The translations under genes and the position numbers were made by a program. Below the pieces are notes generated by a model. It did not search any database. It was not told the origin of the DNA and saw nothing but the letters and a program-made list of their open reading frames with translations. A stretch of DNA of 64,000 nt from Eledone cirrhosa (lineage: Eukaryota), in assembly GCA_964016885.1 (NCBI GenBank), contig OZ024743.1, forward strand, positions 286,068,001-286,132,000. The letters run 5' to 3'. Positions 11,026 to 23,694 of the stretch are shown here, in pieces. Position 1 is the stretch's first letter. Each line of letters begins with the position of its first letter.

Positions 11026-11645
11026 ATGTATGAGGAAGCATGCATGGCTAAATGGTTAAATCGTTCACTTTGCAATCATAAGGACCTAGGTTTGATTCCA
11101 TGGCATAGCATCTTAGGCAAGTATTTTTACCATAGCTTCAGGTGAGTGAAACTGTCTAGAAGCCTTTCGGATGAATTGTACCTGTAATTCAAAAGCTCCC
11201 GCCTTGTCACATATTGTGTCACAGTTACAGCTTTGGAATGTTAAGGATATACATGACTATGGAATACTCAAGCACTTATATGTTAATTTAGAAGTTGGAA
11301 GTTTCATTCACATATAGAATGCATTACAGGAATTAACTCTAGCACTTGACTAGTACTTTATTTTATCGGATCCCAGTAGAATGAAAGGCAAAGTTGACAT
11401 GATTTGAACTCAGAACATAATGAAAAAGAGTATAATAAAATACTGTAAACATTTTGTTTGTTGTGTTAACGATTCTGTAATAAAAAAAAAAATAATAATA
11501 ATGAAAATGATTGTGCACTACAACTCATCAAAGGTGCATGTATATTACATAGAATAATGTACAAATACATGCACCTTTGATGTGTCGTAGTGCACCTGAC
11601 CACTACACAATAATTTTTATTGTAATTATTATTTATTATTACAGT

Positions 11646-11830
11646 GGATTGGCAGTATCGGTAGAGGGTCGGACGCCATGCTTTGCAGCAAAGAGTTATG
11701 GCCCTTTATGGTCTGAGTTCAAATCCCGCCAAGGTTAACTTTGCCTTTCACCCTTACGGGGTCGATAAAATAAAGTACCAGTAATGCACTGGGTAATTGC
11801 TGACCTTGTGCCAAAAGTAGAAACAATTAT
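11646..11830 (+). mobile_element. tRNA-derived SINE (Meta-domain-like)
   Basis: A box tggcagtatcggt, B box gagttcaaatccc, core gcctttcacccttacggggtcgataaaataaagtaccag. Near-identical copies at 21870-22052 and 25363-25548. Confidence 0.8.
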
Positions 11831-11929
11831 TACAGAATCATTAACACAACAAACAAAATGCTTACAGTATATAGTTATGCTGATATCAGGAGCATACAGT
11901 TCAACTTGTTATATGTAAGCAAGTATCTC

Positions 11930-12612
11930 CTCATCACCGTTTTACATCCATTCTTCCATGCTAGCATGAGTTAGATGGGTTGTCCTGTTGTGAGCAATGC
12001 CAGGTCGGGTGACCATGTCTTGCTGATACAGAACTGATTCTGGCTTGATTTCTACAGCTGGATGCCCTTCCTAACACCAACCTCATTTACAGTGAGTACT
12101 AGGTGCTTTCTTACCGTGGTGCCTACATGACCACTTTACAATGTGGACTGGGAGCTTTTTTGTTGAGGTACCTACACGACCACTTTACTATGGGAGGGGG
12201 TGGGGCATATTGTCTATATTCTTCAGCTTCAGCTTGTACCTGTGGGAAGTCGGGTCTTCTGTATTACTGCGTAACGCCAGAGGTCTCAGTCCTGTGTCAT
12301 CATCTTTGAGAGGTGCAATTGGGCAAGATCAGCTCTTATCGCCTTGTCCCAGGTCTTCTTGGGTCGCCCCACTCCATGCTTTCCATCTACTTTTAGTGCT
12401 CTGCACCTTTTTAGCAGCTGTCATCCTTCATATATGTCACATGTCCATACCAACATAATCTCCTCTCCTGCACACAACATTTGATTCCTCTTATGCTTAG
12501 TCTCTCTCTTAATTCGTTTATGCTTTGCCGTTCACATATTACACATCCATCGGAGCATGCAAGCTTTCTAATCTACGCAAGTCTTCTGCACACATCGCCC
12601 AGGTCTCACTAG
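11930..12612 (-). mobile_element. RTE-clade LINE 3' fragment
   Basis: Reverse strand reads 'ETWAM..EDLRRLE..MLRWM..LRERL..VQERRLCWYGHV..KKVQ' with a tgatga-type tail. Confidence 0.65.
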
Positions 12613-13174
12613 TAAATTATAAATGGGAAGCTATTATAGCCATATCTCTATTTTTTCATTTGTTAGTTTGATGACGTGGGATATTACCCTTAATCTGAAA
12701 GAGAGAAATAGCAAGGTGAGTTTATAAGTTGGTGGTAAGAGAGAAAATAAGTGCAGAGAAGAGGTTGTAGAGGAAATAATTTCTAGAAATGAAGGATTGG
12801 GACAAGTATATATCAGTAGAGATACAGTATGAGTGATGGTGACATAAAGTGAATTTATGTGGGATCAGTGCAGTTATAGAGGAAACAGAGACAGCACAAT
12901 ATGTTAGCTATTTGGTAGTTGTAGAATTAACTATTATATAAATGGCCTTTTATTGAATGTGGCACAGAATAATGATGATAATGATGAACAAGGTAGATGG
13001 TGGTGTGGAACAGCAATAATGATGATATTGATGAATATTGGACTTAAAAGACACTACCTAGATATCTTTGACACTTAAAAAAATCAAAATATACCTTGAA
13101 ATGGGAAATATGAACTATGCAAATATAGAATTGTTAATATTTTAAAATACTAATTTTTTATTGTTTTCATTCAG

Positions 13175-13412
13175 AAAATTCATTTGGATGTAACTCTCAT
13201 TTTACAGAGAAGTTTGAAGCTCTTATTGAAAAATCGGAACTGAATTCTATCCCATTTTCCCAACTCCATTGTGGTGAAAAAAGAAAATCGCAAAAAGTTT
13301 CAAATCAGAAACAGAAAACCAAAACCAGAACTCAGAGAAACCAATCAACCTCGGTCAACAGTTCTAACAAAGCAAATTCAAGATTATACCAAAATAGCAC
13401 CAATACAATGTT
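13175..13412 (+). CDS. STPR-BTB gene exon 2 (basic/polar linker)
   Basis: Acceptor ttttcattcag|, in-frame alternative acceptor at 13208, donor TT|gtgagt. Phase 1 to phase 2, stop-free ENSFGCNSHFTEKFEALIEK...NSTNTM. Confidence 0.75.
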
Positions 13413-13829
13413 GTGAGTGTTTTAAAAACATTTCTTTTAATGCTATCCATTCTTTTGCAAATGTCCATTGAGCTGGGTGTCCTTCCTACAGCTAGGCACC
13501 CAACCTAGAGGTAGAAATGGAACCTGTTTATCAAACAAGCAAACTGCAACAAGTGGAGTTGTGTTCCTTGCCCAAAGATCTTTAACTTTTCTTTACCATA
13601 TATCTAATGAAAGAAATAATTTTGAAAATAATTAAAAGTTTGAGGTATTTAGTAATTATAACTAACTTTCTCTTGGAACATAATATAACAAAGTTTCTTA
13701 CATAAAATTATAATTGAAGATTTTTAGATAAATAGTTTTGTATCATAGATACAGAGGCAGTTACAGACAATTTGTTATCAAAAAGGTTAACAAATATTCA
13801 ACAGTATCTTGATTTTATAAAAGAATTTG

Positions 13830-14215
13830 TTATATATTGTTAACCATCTTGCGTACCTTTTTGATTTCCATGTGTCTAACACACATGGGCATGCCCACAA
13901 AGTCAGAAAACACCACAGCTCCCATGACTTTCGGAAACATTTTTTCACGCTCCGAGTTGCTGAAGCATGGAACAAACTACCTGCATAGGTTGTTAGCTGT
14001 CAAGACACTGCATCCTTTAAAACCTCCATGCTTCTCGAGATTCGCCAACACTACACCTAATGTTCCCCCTACATACACATACACACATGTATATCATGAC
14101 TCATACACTATTCACTTCCCTGACATTTGTATATTATTCTATGTACTATACATGCACCTTTGATGAGTTGTAGTGCACTTGAGCACTTTACACAATAATT
14201 TCATTATTATTATTA
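13830..14215 (+). mobile_element. CR1/L2-group LINE 3' end
   Basis: Matches the C-terminus SNTRGH..KVRK..FRKHFF.LRVAEAWNKLP and 3' UTR of the 17829-19769 element, with an (ATT)n tail. Confidence 0.85.
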
Positions 14216-14320
14216 TATTGCTATTAATGTTACTATTAACGGTAATATTACACAGTATTGTTCATGTTACTATTAACTATAAACTAACTATTGTTGTGTT
14301 TTATGTTTTTGTACTTCTAG

Positions 14321-14498
14321 TCATTCTGTCTCCAGTGAAATCTTACTCCACTCACAATCAACTGCTCCTCCTATTCAGGAAAAACGAATTTTAGTGGTTC
14401 CAAATCACCAAGTGGCAGTGATGTCCAATTTATTTTCTATGTGGAAAGCTGGACGTTTGTGTGACTCATACATTAGTAATGGTACTACAAATATAATG
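14321..14498 (+). CDS. STPR-BTB gene exon 3 (N-terminal half of BTB/POZ)
   Basis: Acceptor ttttgtacttctag|, donor ATG|gtatgt. Encodes ...VPNHQVAVMSNLFSMWKAGRLCDSYISNGTTNIM, matching the BTB 'H...L..L...G.LCD' motif. Confidence 0.85.
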
Positions 14499-15511
14499 GT
14501 ATGTTATAACCTTCACTATAATATAGAATAAAACTATAATGATAATTGTAATGTTGATTTCTGACATAGGTCACAAATTTGTATTAGTATTTTACTGATT
14601 CTGGAAAGATGAAATAGGTAGTTGACCATAGGAGGATTTGAACTCCATACATAAAGAGCTGTAACTAAATGCTACAGAGTATTTTATTTGATGCTTTAAT
14701 TCTGCCAATCCTTATAATATTAAATATGAACAATCCAAGTTTTTTTTATCAAAAGATCAAATAACTGTGAAACTAACATGCAAGAGGCTGAGCATTCTAC
14801 AGGCATGTTCCCTTAACATAATTCTCATGGAGATTCAACTTGTTACTTTTTAGTCATAATTATTCTCTACATTCATTGTCAATATCTTACCACCATATAG
14901 CATGAATTTACATATATTTTATTTGTACTGATCTTTATGTAGGGATAGAAAGCTTTTGTTTCCAGCATATCTCAAATTGTGCTACCCTTCAGAATGTTAT
15001 CAGTTACTCCACTTAATTGTTACTCTAAAATGTAGTCAACTTTGTCGGAGTCATCATCACCATCTATCTTTTTACATCCACTTTTCCATGTGGGTATGGC
15101 TTAGATGAGAAGTTTTCTGGCAACAATTCTAGTCACCTTTTATAACTTGTAGGGTTACAGTGTGTGTATTCTGAAAACCAGAATACACATACTGTAGTTT
15201 AATTTTAGTCAAAATTATATTGCCACAGTGAAATCATCATCATCATCATCATCATCATTTAACGTCTATCTTCCATGCTAGCATACCTTTGTTGGTAAGT
15301 CTTTTGTATCTAAGATAGAACTGAATTTAGCAACAAACATTTGATAAATGGTCTTACCAAATACAAATGTATATTATTAAGTGGATGAAAATATATTTAA
15401 TATATGGAACATTAAAAAAAAAAAAGTAAAATGAAATATGCACTGAGAAAAATACAAACATTGCAATTTTTGCCACACTCATTCCAGATATATTTTATCA
15501 TATATTTTCAG

Positions 15512-16567
15512 ATTCATAAAATGGTTTTAGGAGCTATATGTCCAAAGTTATTGCCTGCTCTCCACTACTCATCAAAAGGTTCATTTCCCAAAGTGGTATT
15601 TCCAAGTTCGGTCAGTAGGGAAGGACTTTTAGCATTTATAGAATACATGTATAATGGTGTGTTAGATCTGAATGAAGATATTCTTGTCCAACTGAAGACT
15701 ATTGGTGAAAAACTAGAAATGAAAGATTTTGAAGAACTTTGTAGTAAAGAACTGAAGAAAGCTAAGGCTAAAAATATTTTATCAACTGTGGTGGAACCTT
15801 TGTTGGCAGAACCTTGTTCTTTATCAGGATTGTTCCCTTCTAGAAAACATGGAGACACTAACGAGGTGCAGAATTCTACATTGATGAAAATACTTGGAAA
15901 TAGTTACAATACTAGCATACAAACTGATGTTGCTGTTACTATTGCATCAACATCTAGATCCAATTCATCTTATGCTTCTGATGTAAGGTCTACAGAAAAT
16001 ATGACTACAAACCAGATTATTGATATCAAGACTGAAATGGAAACAGAGAAAGAGCCTGCACCAAACCAGAATTCTCTACAGTTAAAAGAAGAACCTTGCA
16101 GTCCTGATGAAAATCAAAATAGTATTCAAGAAGAAATGTGCATGGGTATTAGTACTTCCAATAACAATGTTCAGTTAAAACCTGCTGCCACTTCTGGAAA
16201 TATTAATAAAGACAATGAGTTAACAGTTACATATTCAAATAACCAGTATAGAAATGATATAAACATGGATTCCAGTGATATCATTGATATATCTGATATC
16301 GATCAATCTGAAGAGACTTGTTTATCACAGCATACAGAAGACTGTGATAAAGAGACAGAAAATCAGAAAGAATTACAGTTAATTTCAGTAACATCTGCAA
16401 CAGACAATATAAGTGAAGACAGTCTCGGCAATAATTCTGATGTAATAGAGATCTCCAGTACCATGTCTAAAAATACAAAACCACCCCAACATTCAAAATC
16501 TATTCCATACCCCATTAATCTAATTTCTGTACATGACAGCAAAAATACAAGTCATCAAAATGTGTGA
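15512..16567 (+). CDS. STPR-BTB gene exon 4 (C-terminal half of BTB plus acidic S/T/N-rich tail)
   Basis: Acceptor tattttcag|. IHKMVLGAICPK...SVSREGLLAFIEYMYNGVLDLNEDILVQLKTIGEKLEMKDFEELC matches BTB 'HK.VL.A', 'F..Y.Y.G.L' and 'L.M..L..LC'. TGA at 16565-16567. Confidence 0.9.
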   Translation: MHKMVLGAICPKLLPALHYSSKGSFPKVVFPSSVSREGLLAFIEYMYNGVLDLNEDILVQLKTIGEKLEMKDFEELCSKELKKAKAKNILSTVVEPLLAEPCSLSGLFPSRKHGDTNEVQNSTLMKILGNSYNTSIQTDVAVTIASTSRSNSSYASDVRSTENMTTNQIIDIKTEMETEKEPAPNQNSLQLKEEPCSPDENQNSIQEEMCMGISTSNNNVQLKPAATSGNINKDNELTVTYSNNQYRNDINMDSSDIIDISDIDQSEETCLSQHTEDCDKETENQKELQLISVTSATDNISEDSLGNNSDVIEISSTMSKNTKPPQHSKSIPYPINLISVHDSKNTSHQNV

Positions 16568-17134
16568 AAAGTGTTCACTTAATTGTCCCTACTATTAGGT
16601 TTGCATAAAGGACTTGTAATTATTCATAACTGCAAATTTCAGATTTTCTCTCATTACTTTCAAATCAAATTTATTAAAATGCATTTCATGTTACAACTTT
16701 ATTTTACATGTGTGATGTTATTTTTAAAATAATACTTTATACACTTTTAGGTGTATTTCTTTAAAAGGTTGTTTTTGTTTTTTTCACAAATTTCAAAATT
16801 TGATATTAAAGCATTTACATTTGAACATCAGGTTTCCTACCAGTCAACATTCAGCCATCATATCAATTAATTAATGAAAGTATGTTTTAGATAAAACAAA
16901 ACATGTAATAATTAATTTAATGCTTCTCTGCCAACCAAATTTACAGTTGCTTGAAGCAAATATTCCTTTACTAGTTTTCTTCACTAGATTCCATTTCTGC
17001 TGATTATCTCCTTCAAATGTTATTTTGTCACTTATATCAACTGCAGTATTCACTTTAGTCTGGTATTTATTTCAACAATCTTTATTATTTGATTGGCAAA
17101 GCTACCTTTTGATATACAGGAATGTAATTTTTAT

Positions 17135-17670
17135 AATAATAATAATAATAATAATAATGAAATTATTGTGTACAGTGCTCAGGTGCACTACAACTCACCA
17201 AAGGTGCATGTATAGTACATAGAATAATATACAAATGTCAGGGAAGTGAATAGTGTATGAGTCATGATATACATGTGTGCGTGTGTATGGAGGGGGAATA
17301 TTAGGTGTAGTGTTGGCGAATCTCAGGAAGCATGGAGGTTTTAAAGGATGCAGTGTCTCGACAGCTAACAACTGATACCGGCAGTTTGTTCCATGCTTCA
17401 GCAACTCTGAGCATGAAAAAATGTTTCCGAAAGTCATGGGAGCTGTGCTGTTTTCTGACTTTATGGGCATGCCCACGTGTGTTAGACACATGGAAGACAA
17501 AAAGGTACTCAGGGTTGTTGTTGGCAAGATGGTTAATAATTATATAATAATAATGAAATTATTGTGTACAGTGCTCAGGTGCACTACAACTCATCAAAGG
17601 TGCATGTATAGTACATAGAATAATGTACAAATGTCAGGAAAATGAACAGTGTACGAGTCATGATATAATA
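17135..17670 (-). mobile_element. Two stacked 3'-end fragments of the CR1/L2-group LINE
   Basis: (TAA)n-tgaaattattgtgtacagtgctcaggtgcactacaactc starts near 17135 and again near 17545. Confidence 0.85.
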
Positions 17671-19752
17671 ATAATAACAATAATGAAATATTGTGTACAG
17701 TGCCCAGGTGCACCACAACTTATCAAAAAAAGTGCATGTACAGTACATAGGGCAATGCACAAACATCAGTAAAAGGAACAGTGCACGAGTCATGATACAC
17801 ACGTGTGCATGTGTATGGAAGGGGTACATCAGGTGTAGTTTTGGCGTATTTTGGGAAGCATGAGTGTCTTAAAGGATGCAGTGTCTCGGCAGCTAACAAT
17901 TGACGCAGGCAGTTTGTTCCATGCTTCAGCAACTCTGAGCGTGAAAAAATGTCTACGAAAGTCATGGGAGCTGTGCTGTTTTCTGATCTTGTAGGCATGT
18001 CCACGTGTGTTAGACACATGGAGATCAAAGAGGCACTCAGGGTTGCAATTGGCGAGATGGTTAAAAACTTTGTGGGTATTCACCAAGTCCATTGCCAGAC
18101 GTCGGAGCTTCAATGAATCCATGCCCAGGGAAGCAAGGCGTTCAGAGTATGGTAGGTGTCTTATGGAGGGTATGCGCTTGGTTGCACGTCTCTGAACAGT
18201 TTCCAGGAGGTCAATGTTCTGAGCAAGATAGGGGTTCCAGACTGATGATGCGAATTCCAAGTGTGGTCGTACCATAGCTGTATACAGTTTTAAATAGATG
18301 ACTGGAGAGCGGCTAACAAAGGTCTTGCTGAGTGATGCCAAGACACCCTCGGCCTTCTTGACAATCTTAGTGACATGCTTTGTCCAACGCAAATCGTTGC
18401 TGACAGTAATGCCCAGGTCACGTTCACAAGAGGACTTTTTGATATCAGTGTTGTGGAGAGAGTATGTGGACGCTGGATTTTTCCTTCCAAAATGCATGGT
18501 GGTACACTTGTCCACAGCCAGCTTCAGTTGCCAGTCTGTGATCCATTGCTGCATTGTGTCCAGGTCTGATTGTAGGAAAGAGTTGTAAATTTCAGGTTCA
18601 GTCCTTTTGATTTCAAGGTACAGCTTGATGTCATCTGCATATTTTAGTACCATGGCATTCTGTAAGTTGGCATCTATGTCGTTAATATATGCCACAAACA
18701 AAAGAGGACCAAGAACAGATCCCTGTGGTACACCAGATGACATCTCATATGGTGAAGAATGCTGTCCTAGAACCGTGACTACTTCTTTTCGGCTGAGAAT
18801 GAAGGATTTCAACCAGTCGAAAAGATCATCCCTCACACCCATTGCAGAGAGTTTTGCCATAAGTCTTTTGTGTGGCACAGAATTAAAAGCTTTAGCAAAG
18901 TCAAGGTAAACAACATCCACCCATGAGCCGCTGTCAGTGATCCGGGTGATGTCCTCAAGGAACTCGATAAGCTGATCACAGCAGCTGGAGTTAGGGATAA
19001 ATCCAAACTGTGAGGGCCGGATGAGGCTGTGAGAGCTCCAGAAGTTCCAAAGTGTTTCTCTGACACAGGATTCCATCAGTTTGGCCATACAGCTAGTAAG
19101 ACTGACTGAACGATAGTTGACAGGTGACATGCGGTTGCCCTTTTTGAACAGGGGAATGACACTGGCAGTTTTCCACTGCTCCGGAGTAGCACCATTGTTG
19201 AGACAGTATTGAAAGAAGAAAGAAAGCTGGCGCAAAAGGAAATACCCGCCACGTTTGAGAAGCAGGTATGTCACACCATCAAGACCAGGGGAGGCATAGT
19301 TGCGCTTATTCTTAAGGTGACGTCGCAACATTGCAGGTGTAAATTCCATAGTTGTTATGGAATTTGATGGTGGAGATGGTACATTCTGGTTTTCAACAGT
19401 AAAAATACTTGCATAGCACTCAGCAATGAGTTCTGTGCATTCCTTGGGATCGTCAGTGATCTGGCTTGTGTGGGGATTGCGAAGAGGACCAACTGGAGAG
19501 TGAGGTCTCTGCTTTGAATGAATATATTTCCAGAACACCTTACTGTCAGGATTGGTTGCGATGCACTGTTCAAATTCAAGCACTGCCTTCTTTGTCACTT
19601 GCTTGAGATGGTTCGAAGATTTATTCCGCTTTTTTCTGTTGGCATCTGATCTATGCAGTTTATATTCCCGTTCAGCGTTCCGACGTTCTTTCCTGGCAAG
19701 TCGGACCGCTGAAGTTTCCCAAATTGCACTTTTGGGGTGGTTATTTTTCTGC
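17670..19752 (-). mobile_element. CR1/L2-group LINE, 5'-truncated, RT reading frame open
   Basis: ORF 17829-19769 carries SPGLDG, NYRSVSLTS, QFGF, YLDFAKAFNSVPH, GVPQGSVLGP, YADD, ERDLG, RPHLE, RGH. No endonuclease domain present. Confidence 0.95.
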
Positions 19753-21500
19753 TTGTGGGTGTTTACCAAGTCAATTGCCAGACGTCAGAGCTTCAATGTA
19801 TTCATGCCCAGGGAAGCAAGGCGTTCAGAGTATGGTAGATGCCTGATGGAGGGTATTCGCTTGGTTGCACGTCTCTGAACAGTTTCCAGGCGGTCAATGT
19901 TCTGAGCAATATAGGGGTTCCAGACTGGTCATACAAATTCTAAATGTGGCCGCACCATCGCTATATACAGCTTTAAATAGATAGCTGGAGAGCAGCTGAC
20001 AAAGGTCTTGCTGAGTGATGCTAAGACACCCTCGGCCTTCTTGACAATTTTAGAGACGTGCTTCATCCAACCCAAATCGCTGCTGACCGAAATGCCCAGG
20101 TCACGTTCACAAGAAGACTTCTTGATATTAGTGTTGTGGAGGGAGTATGTTGACGCTGGGTTTTTACTCCCAAAATATATGGTGGTACACTTGTCCACAG
20201 CCAGCTTCAATTGCCAGTCTGTGATCCATTGTTGCATTGTGTCCAGGTCAGATTGCAGGTAAGATCTATAGTGTCCAGGATCTGTCCTTTTATCTCAAGG
20301 TACAGCTTGATGTCATCTGCATATTTTAGTACTGTGGCATTCTTTAAGTTGGCATCTATGTCATTAATATATGCCACAAACAAAAGGGGGCCAAGAACAG
20401 ATCCCTGTGGTACACCAGATGACATCTCATGGTGAGAAATGCTGTCCTAGAACCGTGACTACCTCTCTTCGACTGAGAATGAAGGACTTCAACCAATTAA
20501 AAAGATCATCCTTCACACCCATTGCAGAGAGTTTTGCCATAAGTCTTTTGTGTGGCACAGAATTGAAAGCTTTAGCAAAGTCAAGGAAAACAACATCCAC
20601 CCATGAGCTGCCATCAGTGATCCGGGTAATGTCTTCAACAAACTCGATAGGTTGATCACAGCAGCTGGAGTTAGGGATAAATCCAAATTGCTAGGGCCGG
20701 ATAAGAGTGAGAGTTCCAGAAGTTCCAAAGCGTTTCTCTGACACAGGATTCCATCAGTTTGGCAATGCAGCTAGTAAGACTGACTGGACGATAGTTGACA
20801 GGTGATGTGCGGTCACCCTTTTTGAACTGACACTGGCAGTTTTCCACTGTTCTGGAGTAGCACCATTGTTCAGACAGAATTGGAAGACATGTGATAGCTG
20901 GTGCAGAAGGAAGTACTCACCACGTTTGAGAAGCAGGTACATAATGCCATCAAGACCAGGAGAGGCATGGTTGCGTTTATTTTTAAGGTGATGTCGCAGC
21001 ATTGCAGGTGTAAATTCCATAGTTGTAATAGAATCTGATGTCAGAGGTGGTGGAGACAGTACACTCTGGTCTTCAATAGTGAAAATGCCTGCATAACATT
21101 CAGCAATGAGTTCTGCGCATTCCTTGGGGTCGTCAGTAACCTGGCTTGTGTGGGGATTGTGAAGAGGCCTTTGCTTTGAGTGAACATACTTCCAGAACAC
21201 TTTACTGTCAGGGCTGGTTGCTATGCGCTGCTCAAATTGAAGCACTGCCTTTTTTGTCACCTGTATGAGATGGTTGGATGATTTATTTCGCTTTTTCCTA
21301 TTGATATCTGATTTATGCAGTTTGTAATCACGTTCAGCATTATAACGTTCTTTTCTGGCAAGACAGACTGCTGCAGTCTCCCAAATTGCATTTTTGGGAT
21401 GTTTTTTCTGCTTACATGGCACCGATGCTGCACATGCTGTCTATATTGAGTTCAGGATGTTCTGGAGTACAGTGTTGACATCTCCAGAGTCGTAAAACTC
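19753..21500 (-). mobile_element. Second, older frameshifted copy of the same LINE, joined head-to-tail
   Basis: Colinear similarity to 18075-19752. RT is broken into ORFs 20754-21422, 20207-20425 and 19929-20237. Confidence 0.9.
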
Positions 21501-21869
21501 TGTTTACTTCTGGCCACTTACATGCTAGGAGTAATTTGAAAGCAAGAGATCGAATAAGAGAACTTTATATAGGGATTAATATAGTAGAAGAAAAGAGAGA
21601 GAGGAGAGGCAGAGTGAGAGCAATAAAATCAAATCAGAATTGAGATTTCAATCTTACATAAAATTGAAAGAAAAAGTAATATTAAGCCAGAGAAAAACAT
21701 GTATGTGTATGTGCATACATATATGTGTGTGACTATGTGTATGGAATATTTATGTATTAAAATGTTTATATTATGAAAATCTGTTGAAAATATTTTCAAG
21801 GGAATGCATCAATAACACCAATGACGATGTAAATGTAGAAAAACTGTTTTATTGTAAAATAATCACTGA

Positions 21870-22052
21870 GATTGGCAGTATCGGTAGAGGGTCGGACGCC
21901 ATGCTTTGACGCATAGAGTTACGACCCTTGCCATTCTAAGTTCAAATTCCGCCAAGGTTAACTTTGCCTTTCATCGTTTGGGGTCGATAAAATAAAGTAC
22001 CAGTAATACACTGGGTAATTGCTGGCCTTGTGCCAAAAGTAGAAACAATTAT
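21870..22052 (+). mobile_element. tRNA-derived SINE (Meta-domain-like)
   Basis: Close match to 11646-11830. Confidence 0.8.
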
Positions 22053-23694
22053 TTACGTATAATTTAAAATTGGTGAAAATCATTAAAATATTGACCATCG
22101 ATTTTTGGTCACATATTCCTTGGCTTATATTTGAGTATATACGGTATGTGATTTCTGAAGTGAACCTCTTAACCATCTGGCTATGCCTCCATCTATCTAT
22201 ATGTAGAGGTTAATTTCAGTTCTATACTTCAATCTTACTGTTACTTATATATCAACCCTTTGATTACTGTATTTCTAATAAAAGACATTACTTAGGATTT
22301 CAAACAACTTTAAAAATAGTGAAGAATTTTAAGGGATTTAGTAACTTTCTCCTTATTAAGCTAGTGTTTGGAGCATAACGTAACAAAGGTCTTTACATAA
22401 AATTATGAAGGATTTTAGATAAACATAAGCACTTTATATTAAACAGTTTTGTATCATAGAAACAGGAGTAGGCTGATAAAAAAACAGTTGAACTGTATCA
22501 CAAGTATCAAATTAACTAGCTTTCATAATTTACATGAGAAAATACAACAGAAAGTGATAGTCTCTTGAGTTCAAATGAAGGTAAATGAATTTTTAGAATA
22601 GCTACTGATTATAGAGGTCATATTAACATTATTTTGTGTATCTACGAAGTCTTTTTCTTTATTTCTCAAATCATCCAATCAATATGTTTTTGGGGATCTC
22701 AGATTATTAATAAGCAAAATTCTCAGAACATTTCCTATCTGTGACTCTCACGATATGTTTAATGGAAATGGTTCTTCAAAAATATACCAGAATAGGCTCT
22801 TTTTAGTGGTAAGAAACTCTCAGGAGAGCTGGACAGCAGAAGATCTTTAGAAAAGAAACCCATCAAGCGAGTGTTTCGGCCCTTAACTTCTTACACTCTA
22901 AGGCAGCCGGGCCACATCCAAGTCATAACTCCTGGGTGCCTTTCTGCTAACATTTAGCCATTCAGAAATTGGAGACTTGCTGTGTATTTAAACCATATGG
23001 AGATTTTGTTGGTAGGATCTAGCTGGAATTCCTCTCTGCTGCCTCTGCTTTCAAACTTATATTTAAACACTTTCTTGAATTGGAAAAATAACATTGGTAG
23101 TCATGGTAGCAGTGAGATGTCAACAGTTCTTTTTTATGTTAGAAATCTTTTTAAAGTTTAAACTATATTGATTGTTTAATGATTGTATCATCATCATCAT
23201 CATCATCATCAATTTACGTCTGCTTTTCCCTGCTTGCAAGGGTGGGACGGGAACTGATTCTGGCTTGATTTCTACAGCTGAATGCAATTCCTAACACCAA
23301 CCTCATTTACAGTGAGTGCTGGGTGCTTTTTTGCCGTGGCACCTCCATGACCACTTTGCAGTGGGATGATATGGACCCCAGTCCCTATCATCTCATTTCT
23401 ATTATAGAATTAGATTCCCAAAAAGCATATGTTATGTTCTTGTTTGGGGTCTAATTATTGCTAGAGCTAAAGATTTAGTACTCAATATTCACCCTGTGAA
23501 CTGTGAAAAATGCACACTCAGAAAAACAAGTAATTTACTTCAATTATAAGATATATATTAGTTATATACACATAAGTGCAAGCATTGGCTGTATGGTTAA
23601 AGAGCTTCCTTTACAACCAGTTAATTCTGGGTTCAGTGGCACTGTGTGGAAACTTGGGCAAGTGTCTTCTACTATAGCCTCAGGTTGGCCAGTG

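Noticed and set aside
11646-11730. tRNA-like sequences (also 21870, 25363, 30445, 31335)
   Set aside because: A/B boxes are SINE heads followed by SINE cores, with no complete cloverleaf.
15431-15511. ATG start of the 378-aa ORF
   Set aside because: Intronic. The BTB domain needs the upstream exon 14321-14498 spliced to the acceptor at 15511.
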